From Raillietiella orientalis (Eukaryota): a stretch of DNA of 64,000 bases. The position numbers and the translations under genes were made by a program. Positions within the stretch are counted from its first letter, which is position 1. Each line of letters starts with the position of its first letter. The stretch is taken from contig JAYWIR010000015.1 of assembly GCA_036172245.1 (NCBI GenBank), positions 992,001 through 1,056,000 of the forward strand. Direction: 5' to 3'. Of the stretch, positions 1 to 11,079 are shown piece after piece. Below the pieces are notes generated by a model, which did no database searches, was not told where the DNA came from, and was given only the letters and a program-made list of their open reading frames with translations.

Positions 1-3000
1 GGATGAGCATCGAAACAACAGTTCGGAACGACGGCTGCGAGGAGCACCCTAAAAGCAGAGAATGGGAATAGGTGGAAAATAAGTACACCGTCTCGGCCGG
101 GGATCTGCTACGAGGATTGCAGCTTCTTGCCCTGCTTCTTTCATGGAGCCCGCGATCTTGCCGAGGGAGGAGAAGACTCCGATGACTCACAGCGACTCTT
201 AAGAAATGGCAGCTCAGATGGAGAAGAAGAAAGGTGCCTCGGGAGCTCGTCAGACTCCAATCGAGCATCTGAGGGGGAAAAGAAGCTATTCATTTACCAT
301 TTACTTCAGTTTACCGCACTGCCTTCTGTTCAGCGCGCTCTCTTCAGAGTGAATTCCGCTGTTATTCAAGTGGACCTCCACAGCCCTTGGGGAAGTCATT
401 CCTGGAGTCAGTACCGACCCACTGATCGCGGCCTGAGGAGACCGATGGCGCCCGAGGCGTTATCCACTTCCTTATGTTCTTTTTTTTTTTCTGTCTGGAA
501 GGTTCATTCAAAGTCCACGAGGGATTCCTGGATCGGCACGGCACCTTCTTCACGGGGCTGGAGCCACGGCAATGCAACTGCAGAGCTGTCTCGCTTCTCC
601 CACGGCGGAGGAACGGGGCTGTCACCGGAGTCCGGGGGCCTCCCACCGGATGGGTGGTCGTAGCGACGATGGTGGTCCGCGACAGTATCTCGGACCACCA
701 CCAGGATGACAGGCTCGGAGTGGACGTCCTGCGGATTGGAGGCTCCTATCTGCTGCTGCTGCTGAGGCGACGGCGAACGGTCCGCGCCGCAGCCTCCTGC
801 TGGCGTTCGGCACTGGGAGGGAGGCAGGAGGAAGAACTGTTGCCGAGGGAAGAGATGGACCTCCGCCCTCTCTGAAGAAGAGGAACCACGTGTCCTGGGT
901 GAAGTTCCTCACGGCGACGCCGACGGCCCATACCAGAAGGTCGAGGCACTCCCGAATGGAGTCCCGTCCGTCCCTAAGGCCTTCCTCCAGACTCTGCCCA
1001 GGTTCACCGGCGGGACGAGGCGATATGCAGAGAAGATCGCTCGCCCACGAAGATGACCGCAAGCAGGGTGCGAAGGACTCCCTCCAGCGTTCAATGCTTT
1101 AAGAGCTAAATGAGCAGGCGGATCTGGGCGCCCAGCTTGCTCACGTTGGACCGGCCAAGAACGACTCCATGACGCTCCAGAGGATCGCCTACGCTTTCCA
1201 GAGGTCCGTCGAGAAGGGAAGCGCCGTCACCGTCTCCCGAAACCAAGAGCTCGGAAACCTGGGGACAGGAAGGGGATGAAGGTTCCCATCCCCCGTCATC
1301 TTTCGCATGAGGAAAGGCCTGACCTTACCAAGACGGAACCCAGGACGCGGTATTCCCTCCCATGTGCTGCCGGAGAGGCGCTAACTCCGTCGTCAGGCTG
1401 TTGAGGATAACCGGAGCGCCGAAGGACTGCACGTCGCTGCTGCTGGTGGAGGCGGCTCTTGGGTTCACCAAATTCCTCACTTAGGAATTGGGATGACGTT
1501 TCTACGCAGCCAAGCAGGTTCCAGTTTCAGGGATGAGCGCCTCGTTTCTGAGGGCCCTCAGGAAGGCTCGGCTGATAAATTTCTGGAAGCAGAGCAACGA
1601 GATCGGCTAAGAAGTTGCGCCACAATGCTGTTCTTGAAGCACGGTTTCAGGGACCCGAAGGAGTCTTGCCTTAGGAGGCGGGCAGGAGGGCTCGCAAACT
1701 GCTATGGGAGAAAAGGCGGATGAAGGTGCTTCCCTTTGGAGGGAGTTATAACTGCAAGAGAATTCTAAAAAGACAAGAAGCGTGAGCGACTTTCTTACCA
1801 GCGAATCTCGGGGAAGGCTGAATCGAGTTTGCAGACGGCAGCGAGATGGGGTGGCATGCAGTTTGCTTTCCCCGGCAACCAGCTCTTAAGATCGGTGTCT
1901 CCAGACCCGAAGGACGTCGGGCCATCCTACTAAATCGATGTCATCCGTTCCCTGCAGTAGTCCCATCCTGGAAAGTGCACCACTGTCTTCACCATCTGCC
2001 AGCTTCGGCGGAGGGGAGAGGGTCACGCTCGAAAAGCTGGAAGAAACAAGCACAGAGTGGTCCCATCGAGGACCATGGCTGCAAAGAATGAGTAGCGTCT
2101 TTGTGCTGTGTCTCTCATGATAGACCGGAGAAGTGGGAGCAGGACTTTACTTCAGAAACAGAGAACATCGGAATCTCGGTACCTACCCAGGAGGAGAGGG
2201 TTGCAAGAGAGTTACGCAGGAAGTGTCAGAGAAAACTAATAAGGAGCAGAACTAGAATTTCAGGAGCATTCCGAATGGCCATCACCGTAGGGTGGATCAT
2301 CAGATGCAGCTTGCGCGTGGATCGTGGAACGCAGTTGGGGAATTCTGGACTTTTCAAACGAAAAGTCGGGACTCGGAAAACTACGAAGCAATGGATGCTC
2401 TTCCATTGCTGGTCTTTTAGAATTCTAATGAAGATCTTTTAGGAAGACGAGAAGAGGATTGAAAGTTCTTTCTAGCCTTCGTTTTGCTTCAAAAGCGACT
2501 TCGAGAGGGTGCTGAGGGACGCTCCCTGAAGTTGATCTTCCTTTTGTGCGACTCAACTCCTTTCAAGACCTCTGATCCCTCAGAAAAGGAAGATCTTATG
2601 TAATTTGTTCTAATTTGTCGCGATCTTTCCTTAAGACTGTTTCTGGATCCGTCTCAACCAGCATTTAGGTCAGCAAGCTGAGAAGCAAAGCAGCAGGGGC
2701 ATCTTCTCTGCAGATCTTTGCACGTGCTTGTTCAGAAAACGAGGGACGTAGGATTCCCGATGTTCAGGCATGAAACTGTGCAAGACGTGAGCTGTGCTTT
2801 CCTGTCGGAGTTCGACCGGAAGGCAGAAGCAAAGCTGCAAACCCTCTAGATGACCGGAAAGCGTGTTCAGAAAGGAGAGAAAGAAGAGCAGGAAACTTTC
2901 ATCATTCAAAAGTTTGCTCAGGGTGCACCGCGAGAGGAGAAAGGCTCAACGAGCCACCCACGTGGCACAGACCAGAGAGCGAGCCACAGGTACAGGAACT

Positions 3001-4930
3001 TCTGTCATTTGACTTTCTGTTCTTCTGATCTCGTGTTCTGCACCTGATTGTTGAGAAACACAAGCTGACCTCTCTGACCACATCACGTGAACTCGGGCTA
3101 CCTCTCATCTCTTGACATGCCAGAAGCAATTAAAACGAAAAGTGTCGGTCAGAGATGCTTCAGAGACGAGTATGCGCGTGGATATGCGGAACACTGTCTC
3201 ACGATGAACCCGATCGCACGTGGTCTCTCGATGCTCACCAACATTGAGCAAGGATGTTAGCTGAGCACCTCCTCGACCGCAGCCCAAATATCACAGAGTT
3301 TAAACATCTTCTGATGCATGCATGCAAAAATGCCATGTGGATCTGGAGGGCAGAAAATTTTGCGGGGTCGGACTCAGGGTCGGACTGATATGTCACAGAG
3401 ATAAGAAAGGTGGTTAGGATTCTTGCTCTTTGAGCTCAGGAGGAACGGAAATAGATAGGCACACAGCACTTTCCCCGGATGAATGATGGCGCGGTTTAGC
3501 CTCCATGTAACGGTGCGCACGCTGTTGGAATGAAACCACCGGAAACACTTCAAAATGAAGGGACAAACTCGGTTCGATCCACTACTCTGATGCGTGTTGA
3601 TGAAAACGTTGTCATGGAGCTACATGCAAACAGCAATTTCTTAAATAGATCAGTCTTCTCGAAGGAAGCGGGAAACAAGCTACAAGTGAGAAATGAAGAA
3701 ACAAAAGCCCAATGTGGAATAAGCAACCTGATCGCAGAAGATGCACATGGCGCCCTGTTTCGAACGATCCACGTGGGAAATGTGGCTGATCCTTCACGCG
3801 AAGACTGAATAGGAGGCGTTCTAGACTCCAAGGACGCGCAAGATTGCAATCGCTTTTCGTCAGTACACCTGGAACTGACCACCCGGAAGCGGACATGCAA
3901 AAACTCGGAGCGAGGACAGTCTCCAGTAATGTGACCACAACAAGATAGTGGCTTCACCTCATTGAATTCAACTGCACGCCCATCTGGAAATGCCTTCTTT
4001 GAGTGTGTGCTGCCGAATCTCCATTTAACACATTATCATTTGTCTCGCACAGCGTCCGATGTGAATAGAAATTGGATGATCCATCTGGAGGAATCTCGAC
4101 CTTGGCTTTGAATGCCTTCTCAAGGAACGATGCTGATTTTTCGCTGAGTGAACTCTAGAACTCGATGAAATGCATTGCTACTCATCTGCCAGAGCTGAGA
4201 TTAGATGACAGCAAAGCGGACTCATCTGAAACCAGAAGACAACGAGGCTTTTGCCCGAACGTACGAGATTTCCGCAACAGATCTCATCCACCGCTTCCTT
4301 CCTGAAGGAAAGACGGTTCATGTCGCGAGAGAAAAGAGAGGAGCAGGTTTATTCAAAGGAGCTGTTAAAAACGACTCTGGTGCAAGATCACAGTGAACGA
4401 AGCTTCACGGAGGAGCAGTTGCATTTGGAAGAATTTCCCAAGTGGGGGTTGGCGGTCGAGTTTTCCCTTCAGGAAAGAAGGCATCCCAAGCAGTGAAACG
4501 AATCATCACTGCTGCAAGACTTGCATTGCGCTCGATTTCGAGATCAGCGCGTACCATGGATCTCATGATAATATGGCAGCATTGGCTCTCTCTCACAATG
4601 AGCTTCCCGCACGGCTACTTTTTGCTGAGAAGCATCCGAGTAACCTCTGGAGAAATAAGATGGAAATGAGATTCCAGGAAACAGGATCCCGCGTGATAAA
4701 AAAAAAAAAAAGACAACGAGGGAGGCGGGATTTTTCCCGATGTTTTTCCTTCCTTCTGGAGAGTCGTTCTCTCGAGAAGAAAACCATCTCTTATTCCGAT
4801 CCCATTTGGAGATTGTGGTCGCACACATCCCTTTTGAGGACGAGATTTACGTGCTGCTCGGTTATCGCTATAGGAGCTTCACCCGGAGGGCATCTTTTCG
4901 TGTTTGTTTCAAGACTATCCGAAGGAGCAG
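1..4930 (+). mobile_element. Decayed near-full-length L1-clade LINE (ORF1 + ORF2 endonuclease/RT), pseudogenised
   Basis: Motifs occur in the expected order across frames. ORF1 knuckle-like ~1850-2050; EN start 'GTQLGNSGLFKRK' ~2325 (cf. SWNxRGL); 'GIFSADLCTC' ~2700 (cf. GDFN); 'KAQCGISNLIAED' ~3710 (cf. QxGFxxGRxIxD); 'GVLDSKDAQ' ~3815 (cf. LDxEKAxD); 'CIWKNFPSGG/EEFPKWGLAV' ~4420 (cf. W..+..PK..GGLG). Boundaries approximate. Confidence 0.6.
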
Positions 4931-5159
4931 ACAATCTCTGGGAAAAGTCTAGCAGAAATGTTCTTTTTTCTTATTATTTTTTTTTTTGAAGGAAAGGCCA
5001 GTAGTGGTCTGAGCAGGAGATCGATGTTATTGGCCTAGGATGATGGAAAACCTTTTGACTTCTTTTCCTGTCTTCGCTGTTTTCCTTCCAAATTTTTTTT
5101 GGAAGTTCGCTAAGCACTTCCAGAACCGTCTCTTGCCTGGAGGCTCACGTAGCTCTTAG

Positions 5160-6110
5160 TACTACTCCACGCTACCCGAGGGCGTGTGCATTAACTCTTC
5201 AGGTAAGGGGGTACCCAGGGGGGACCACCCTATGAATTCAGGGAGGACTCTGGAGAGAGGAGTCCGTTCCTCCCATGCTTGGGAGGCAACTCCGAAGAGA
5301 ACCAACCCTCCACCCTGGTTTATCTCCAAAGGGAACCCCCCTGAGAAGGCCGCTCCATTGTTTCTTCTCCGAAGGGGACAACCCTCAATAGGAATCGCTC
5401 CTTGTTACTCCTCTAAAGATACCCCGAAGGAATACTTTCAACTTTTCTCTGAAAGGTCGCTCCCGAAGGAAACAACGCACTTCTTCACATTCCGGGGAGG
5501 TATCGATCCACCGCTCCATGATAGGCAATGGAGGTTCCCCCCGAGGGTAGGAGCGACTCCAGTTTCACAATCGGAGGGGAACGGCTTTTTGATTTCTTGA
5601 AGGACCCGGAGAGAGTCGGGTTCCAAACCCGGCTACTCAATGGGGACATGCAGTTTCCCACTTCTACAAGCGCCACACCCGAATATAGGCCAACTAGCGT
5701 CATCCTGCGGGAGGGGGGAATCGAATCTCACGACGCAGCCCCAGTTATCGGCGTGGATCCTTCCCCGGGCAGAACCTTCAACTCTTGCGCCGCGTACGGA
5801 AAGCGCAGTCACATGTCCTCCGACGGGGACAGAAATGTTTTTAGCGCCATCTATCCACGGGGTGTGGACCACACTGCTGCTCAGCATCTCTTTCCCGTTC
5901 TCAGCTGCGATGAGAGCTCCGGCTGGGCTCACGGAGCGGCGGCTTCCAACGGTTCGAATCCTTTCTTGCCCTTCCTTTGGATACGTCTTGACCCGAGCTC
6001 GCAACTCTGCCCGAACTCCTTGCCCGTTGCTGCCAACAGGTGGTGTTCTTAAGGCCCATGTGCCTGCCACTCGTGCTCCAAGCTCGTGAAGTAGGTCTGA
6101 GTGTACTCCC
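5160..6110 (-). mobile_element. LINE ORF2 RT fragment, family 'B' copy 1
   Basis: Reverse complement of ~5240-5820 aligns by eye with 30580-31250 and 46880-47120 (shared ccgca(g/t)gatgac; gaagaag(t/c)g.g; cccaagc.t.gg...g.cggactc). ORF 5633..6127 reads 'SVPVGGHVTALSVRGARVEG...LPQDD' (cf. VNG..F....G+RQG ... FADD). Confidence 0.65.
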
Positions 6111-6179
6111 TCTTCCTTCCTTATCATTCTTTCCCTTCTTGCGGATTTTCGTTAATAGCAAGTTTAGGGTTCGCATTCC

Positions 6180-7300
6180 TCCTTCTCCTATTTCTTTTTT
6201 CCACTCTGACCTTTAAATCTTCTTGCTCCAAAACTCCAGATTCCAAGCACCGACAATGAAAGTAAAAGTGGAATGTGATGCTGGTCACGGGGGGGTTGCA
6301 GTTTCGGAGGCGAAGGCGTTCCAACTCGAAAAAAGGAAAACGAAAGCTTGAAGAAAAGCGAAGGTGACCACGAGCGAAAGGGCACACCTAGAAGGACGAA
6401 AGAAGGGAGGTGGGTTCCGGAAGGGCAAGCCGGAAAGCAGTCCCAAGAGAGGCAGCCGGGGATGGGGCGAATCCCTGCAGCATCCAAGGTTGGGGATGTC
6501 GGTACAGAAAATCCAGAGATGGATGTGGCGGATTCATGGAAATGGCAAGATCCTTGCAACTCATCGAAGAACAGCACCTTGAGATTGCTCGGATGTTGCG
6601 CAGCATCGCAGATGGTATGATCTGTAAATCATGCAATGCATATCGAGGCTCCAAGACGACTGTGTGCTTTCCCAGCAACATCCGAGCCAGGATTGTTTCA
6701 TGATTGGTCGACCTCTCACCATCACCTTGCCCTCCATTCGCGTCAAAGAAATACCCAGCACCTCTTCCATACCTAGGCCGAGATAAGCTCAGGTGGTAAT
6801 TCAGAAACTCCACGGCTAACTCCACACTGTTTCGCAATCGACCCAAACTCCCTCTCTTCTCTGTTCCTTTAACCGTCACCTCTCAAGACTTCTTTCCGGT
6901 TCAGCAGCTCCGAAAGCCCCGAAAATTGCTCCTGATCCGAAGGCGATGATGTCAGAAAACTGAAATCTCCTTAGCAATAGGGAGAATCAGAAATCTTGGG
7001 AGAGATGCAGCTGCCTTCCCTGACGAGAGTTCAAGCCTTTTAGTGGGAATAGGTGAAGGTGCGCAGAGCCGCCTCACAGCATCCCCCAGCAATACAGAGC
7101 CAAGGAGCCAAACTTCCTTCCTAGGACGACCAGCGGAAACAGACCCGAAAATCGGATAGTTCCATCCCGGCGAATCTTCAGCTGCCGGAATCTCAGTAGG
7201 CTTTCAGTGTTTGGAGGACTCGAGCACCGTTTGTTTGGAAGAAAGAAGGAAACTCAAAAACCCAGAGATCTTCTTTCAGAGGAAACGGAGTGAAGGGACG
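6180..7300 (-). mobile_element. LINE ORF1 remnant (DUF4283-like + zinc knuckle)
   Basis: 'GRGAGYFF...ILARMLLGKHTVVLEPRY' (ORF 6388..6879), then 'FDELQGSCHFHESATSISGF' (cf. Y..LP..C..C...GH....C). Confidence 0.55.
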
Positions 7301-7508
7301 ACGCTTGGCCTTCGCTCATCCGGTTGGCAGAGTTGGAAGGATGAAGAATGGCTTGCTAAAAGAAACCCGTGACTTGCTGCTGAGGGTGAGGAGTCCGAAT
7401 CACAGGATCCCGTTCTCGAGAGGAGGTCCGTGTCCAGCAGCAGTGGAGACCGTGAGACTACTGCTCCGCTGCTACGTTTTCCGACGGCACTTCCACTATC
7501 CTAAGTTG

Positions 7509-7552
7509 CCGCAGTGGTCTGCTAGAAGCCCCCTTCTAGCAGACCACTGCGG
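7509..7552. repeat. Perfect 20-bp inverted repeat with 4-nt loop
   Basis: ccgcagtggtctgctagaag (7509-7528), cccc, cttctagcagaccactgcgg (7533-7552); the arms are exact reverse complements. Confidence 0.95.
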
Positions 7553-7599
7553 GACGTGAGCTCCTCCACAGCGCATGCGCAACAACCTCTCTCTCATCT

Positions 7600-8720
7600 T
7601 TCTCGCCTTGCGCCCCCACAGCTGTCTGCACGGTCATTCCATTAATTTCCCAGTTCACCATGCCAGGATTACCTGAACACTACGTGATGAGGCTCGCTTG
7701 GGAAACTCCCAGAAGTCCAACTGAATCACTCGAGACATCTTCCCGAGAGTGGCCATGTTGAAGGCTGGATTTTTCCGTGGTAGTCGCAAGAGGGGCGAGG
7801 GAAGACAGGTGGAGGAACGGGGGAAGGTGCGGAGAACCTATCCGTCCTCGGCATGGAGAGGTCTGGCGCCACTGTATCTCCCAGAGGGGTGGAGAGGAGG
7901 GAACGAAACTCACGTGAGGGGCAAGAGGTGGGTGGAGTGAGGTGGGAGAGAATCCATTTGGGGAGATGAGATGTACCACAGATCTTGCTCCTGCACGTCA
8001 CTGAGCGGGGAAACCGATCACCCGCGACTGTCGCCCGCTCTTCTGCTGGCATCATAGATGCAGCCAAAGAGCCTCGGGTCACCTCCATGCCCTTCGCACA
8101 CTCGAGCCGCGTCCGCTCACCGCTCGTTCACGGAACCTGCCAGGCGACGTGCCGCAGACTGAAACGGAGGTCGGGGAGGAGCTGCACTTTTAAGGAGACT
8201 CGCGGGCGACTTTCATTCGCTCCGGAGGTTCCTGCGAAAGAGCTTCCTTTCCTCCCTTCCTCTTCCATACATGCCGCCTGTGTTCATTTTATTTCATTTT
8301 ATTTTTATTAATCGATCTCAACAGGAACTATCCCAGTGTGATACAGGAGCAGGAAGAGTTGTACCTCCGTTCGCAGGGCGCCTCCAGTCGCCATGCAGCA
8401 AGGCTTTCCGGTGGCTAGACGTTTCAGGGAATACGGCTGGAGTGGGATACCTCTCTTTTGCTGGGGTTTTCCCATGCCACGGTTCCAGGAAGCGACAAAA
8501 CCCCGGAGGCAGTCAGGGAGCTTCGAAAAGGTGCGCTCGCTCTTTCGAAGCACTCCCTTTTCCTTCCTGGCGGAAATGCGCCTCGGGCTGCTCTCCTGGA
8601 CTACTGCTTAGCCGATACGATCAGGAGACGGTTTCCCGGAAACACAGACACAGCCCCTACATGAGTAACGCCAACTGTCAAGGAATTTTTCCGTGCAGGA
8701 GAAAAAAAAAAAATACGTCA
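7600..8720 (-). mobile_element. Two adjacent LINE remnants (endonuclease C-terminal part ~7600-8260; ORF2 3' end with A-rich tail ~8285-8720)
   Basis: 'ASWNRGMGKPQQ' (cf. W..W..RN) is followed on the - strand by the A-rich tail attaataaaaataaaatgaaataaaa at ~8285-8310. The EN-like segment is weaker. Confidence 0.4.
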
Positions 8721-8989
8721 TGACTTAGGCCACTCCATTTACCGAAAGGCGTCTCTGTTTCGACTCTGCTTTATTCCTGACTGCAGCCTTCTATCTGATT
8801 TCTGACTCTTGCTCTTTTGCTGCAGCCTTTCGCACTAAACGTATTTTGCCCATTCAGCGCCTTCCCCAAAGATCAGCTCCTCTTCTCCTCCTCTCCCAAA
8901 TGAAACACAGCGTCTTGCCTACTCTCGAAATACCTGCGTATTTCCCATCTCGCAAAGCTTCGAGGACGTCGAATCCTTGATTCTCGCTT

Positions 8990-10970
8990 CTCAAGCCCAC
9001 CCAGAGTCCAAGAAAAAGTGTGCGCCGTGCCAGAGGTCACCAGTCGCCGTCATCATGGCCGTCGTTAGTCTGTGAGTAGAGAAGAGAGTTCTGCCCTGCA
9101 GTTTCCTCATCCTCTCTTCAGAGATTTCCTGTTCCGCTAGGGGGCAAGGAACCGTTCTTCCAGGGGCAGCTGCGACAGCCCTCTCGGGGAAGAGGATCTC
9201 ATTCACAAGAGAAATATGAAAAGTGCAGAGGGTGAGAAAGCCTTGGAACTAGAGCTCTGGGGTTTCTGGTCTCTTCGAGAGAGAGGAAATGCTGCGAGCC
9301 TCCTGCAAAGTTCCAAGTGTCTGCGCGCGTTGTGGTCCTCTGGCTCTTCCTGCGGAGTGGCATGGAAGCTTCTGAAAGTGTCCCGTAAGAAACTCCGTCT
9401 CTCGTGACTCTATAGAGGCAGATGTGGTTCAGAAACAAGTCGGAAACCAAGGAGTGGGAACCGAGAAAGTCAAGCAGACAGCAAGAAACTCCATTGAGAT
9501 GCTCGTTGACTGATGCTTTCACGTGATTGTCGGTGTTCGTTCTTCCTTGATCCATGGGATGGCAGTCTTTGTTGTATAGCGAGCTTGTGATCTCTTGAGA
9601 CGCCCTCACAAAGTTTTCTGAAGGGAAGAGTCATGCCCTCTACTCTTGGACAGCTAAGAAATTATAGCTCACGTTGAACAGCAGCAGTCAGCTACAGTCC
9701 ATGTGCCACTGCAAAGTCTTTCGATTTCTATATCCACGATTTGGCTCTCATGATACTATCAGATGGGGAAGGGGAATTTGTAAGGATCTGCTTATGATGA
9801 ATCACGGAAATCCAGAGAATGAGATAGAACCTACGACAAGAGAGATTGAAGATGAAAACCACGAAGATGATCTTGGTGCAAGGCACTTCCTCCTTCAGCC
9901 TTTAGGAGGAGTAAAAGAGCATTTTTTTACTCCTCCTTTTAGGAGGAGTAAAAAAACGCTTTGTCACGAAAAGGAGCCATAAATGGATTCTGGAGAGGAA
10001 GAATTCCCTGTACTTCTCTCTGAGACAGATCCGAAGTCTTCAGAGCTTGGCATCTGATCTCTCCTTAAGGAAGCATTTCAATCTGTGCTTGAGCACAAAG
10101 ACTTTCTCAACACCCATCGTCGCCTGCTGTTATTTTCCAGTAGCTTCTCCAAGAAAGTTTGTGGAAGAATCTCTCAAGGACTACAGAGTAACGTGGAGAG
10201 TTGGAGGCATCACAGCTGTCCACAACATCAAATACGTAGCAGGACCGGTTCTTCCTGTCCGCAAGACAATGAGTGCCTCTCGAGGTATCAACCAGAGTCC
10301 GAATTTGCAAAAGTAATGGCTACAGGAATGCTTTTGTTCTTCTGCCGTTCTGGTTTACAAGAGTTGCTATCGCGCTGAGAGGAGGTTAGAGTATACTCAG
10401 TAAGGATCCTGGAAGCTGTTACAACGGATCCTATCATTGTGACAATCGATGCACAGAAAACGAGCTCTTCGATCACCACAGAAGTGCAGGGTTTTCTCCT
10501 TTCCTTTGAAATGATGCGAAAGGTCTTTCTTGCCAAAGGGAACTAAGGCTCTGGAGTTCTGGTTTGAGATTCGAATTGTCCTCTTTTTCCCCTTTTGACA
10601 TGCAGTAACCACAGAAAAACAATGGTAAAAAATATCAAAGCAGGAACCTGACAGTTTTTGAGAAAGCACTCGACGTTTTCGTATGTCCTATGAGACCCGG
10701 TCAAGCCTACATTACTTGGATCAACCTTGCAAGGCGCCTTGTATAAACGGAGGACGAATGTGGTTCTCGGTATGGTTTTGTGGTTCTCCGAGTGCTCACC
10801 TTTCTTCTTTGGATTCAACTGTTCCTTGGAGTAGCCTAGGGCGTTGCCTGATGGTATTCTCAGCTTTTCCAATTATGCGGAGATCTTTTCTCTGGAAAAA
10901 TATGCTCTGCTGCTTTGCATTCCAACATCAAATGCTGTCTCTCGAAGATCTCCCGTGTCCAATCAAAGTT
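8990..10970 (-). mobile_element. Decayed LINE ORF2 (RT to C-terminus)
   Basis: 'KGEHSENH...HRTYENVECFLKN' (cf. GRxIxDN...KAYDxVxWxFL); 'LSGSCFDIFYHCFSVV' (cf. PLSPxLF); 'LERFFHKLSWRS' (cf. FLW). Confidence 0.5.
9901..9960. repeat. Direct-inverted-direct triplication of aggaggagtaaaa
   Basis: aggaggagtaaaa at 9904-9916, its reverse complement at 9925-9937, and again at 9941-9953. 9922-9937 and 9941-9956 form a perfect 16-bp stem with a 3-nt loop. Confidence 0.9.
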
Positions 10971-11079
10971 CACTGAAACGGAGACTGAGCCAAATGTTTG
11001 TTTGAAAAGTATGAAATCCTTTAAAATTCCCACTTAAAACACACAAAATATCACGTATTTAATCGTGGCATTCTTCATA

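Noticed and set aside
5951..5961. Perfect tRNA B-box GGTTCGAATCC (similar motifs at ~30706 and ~46922) suggesting a tRNA or SINE
   Set aside because: No cloverleaf or correctly spaced A-box; all lie within RT-coding remnants of family B.
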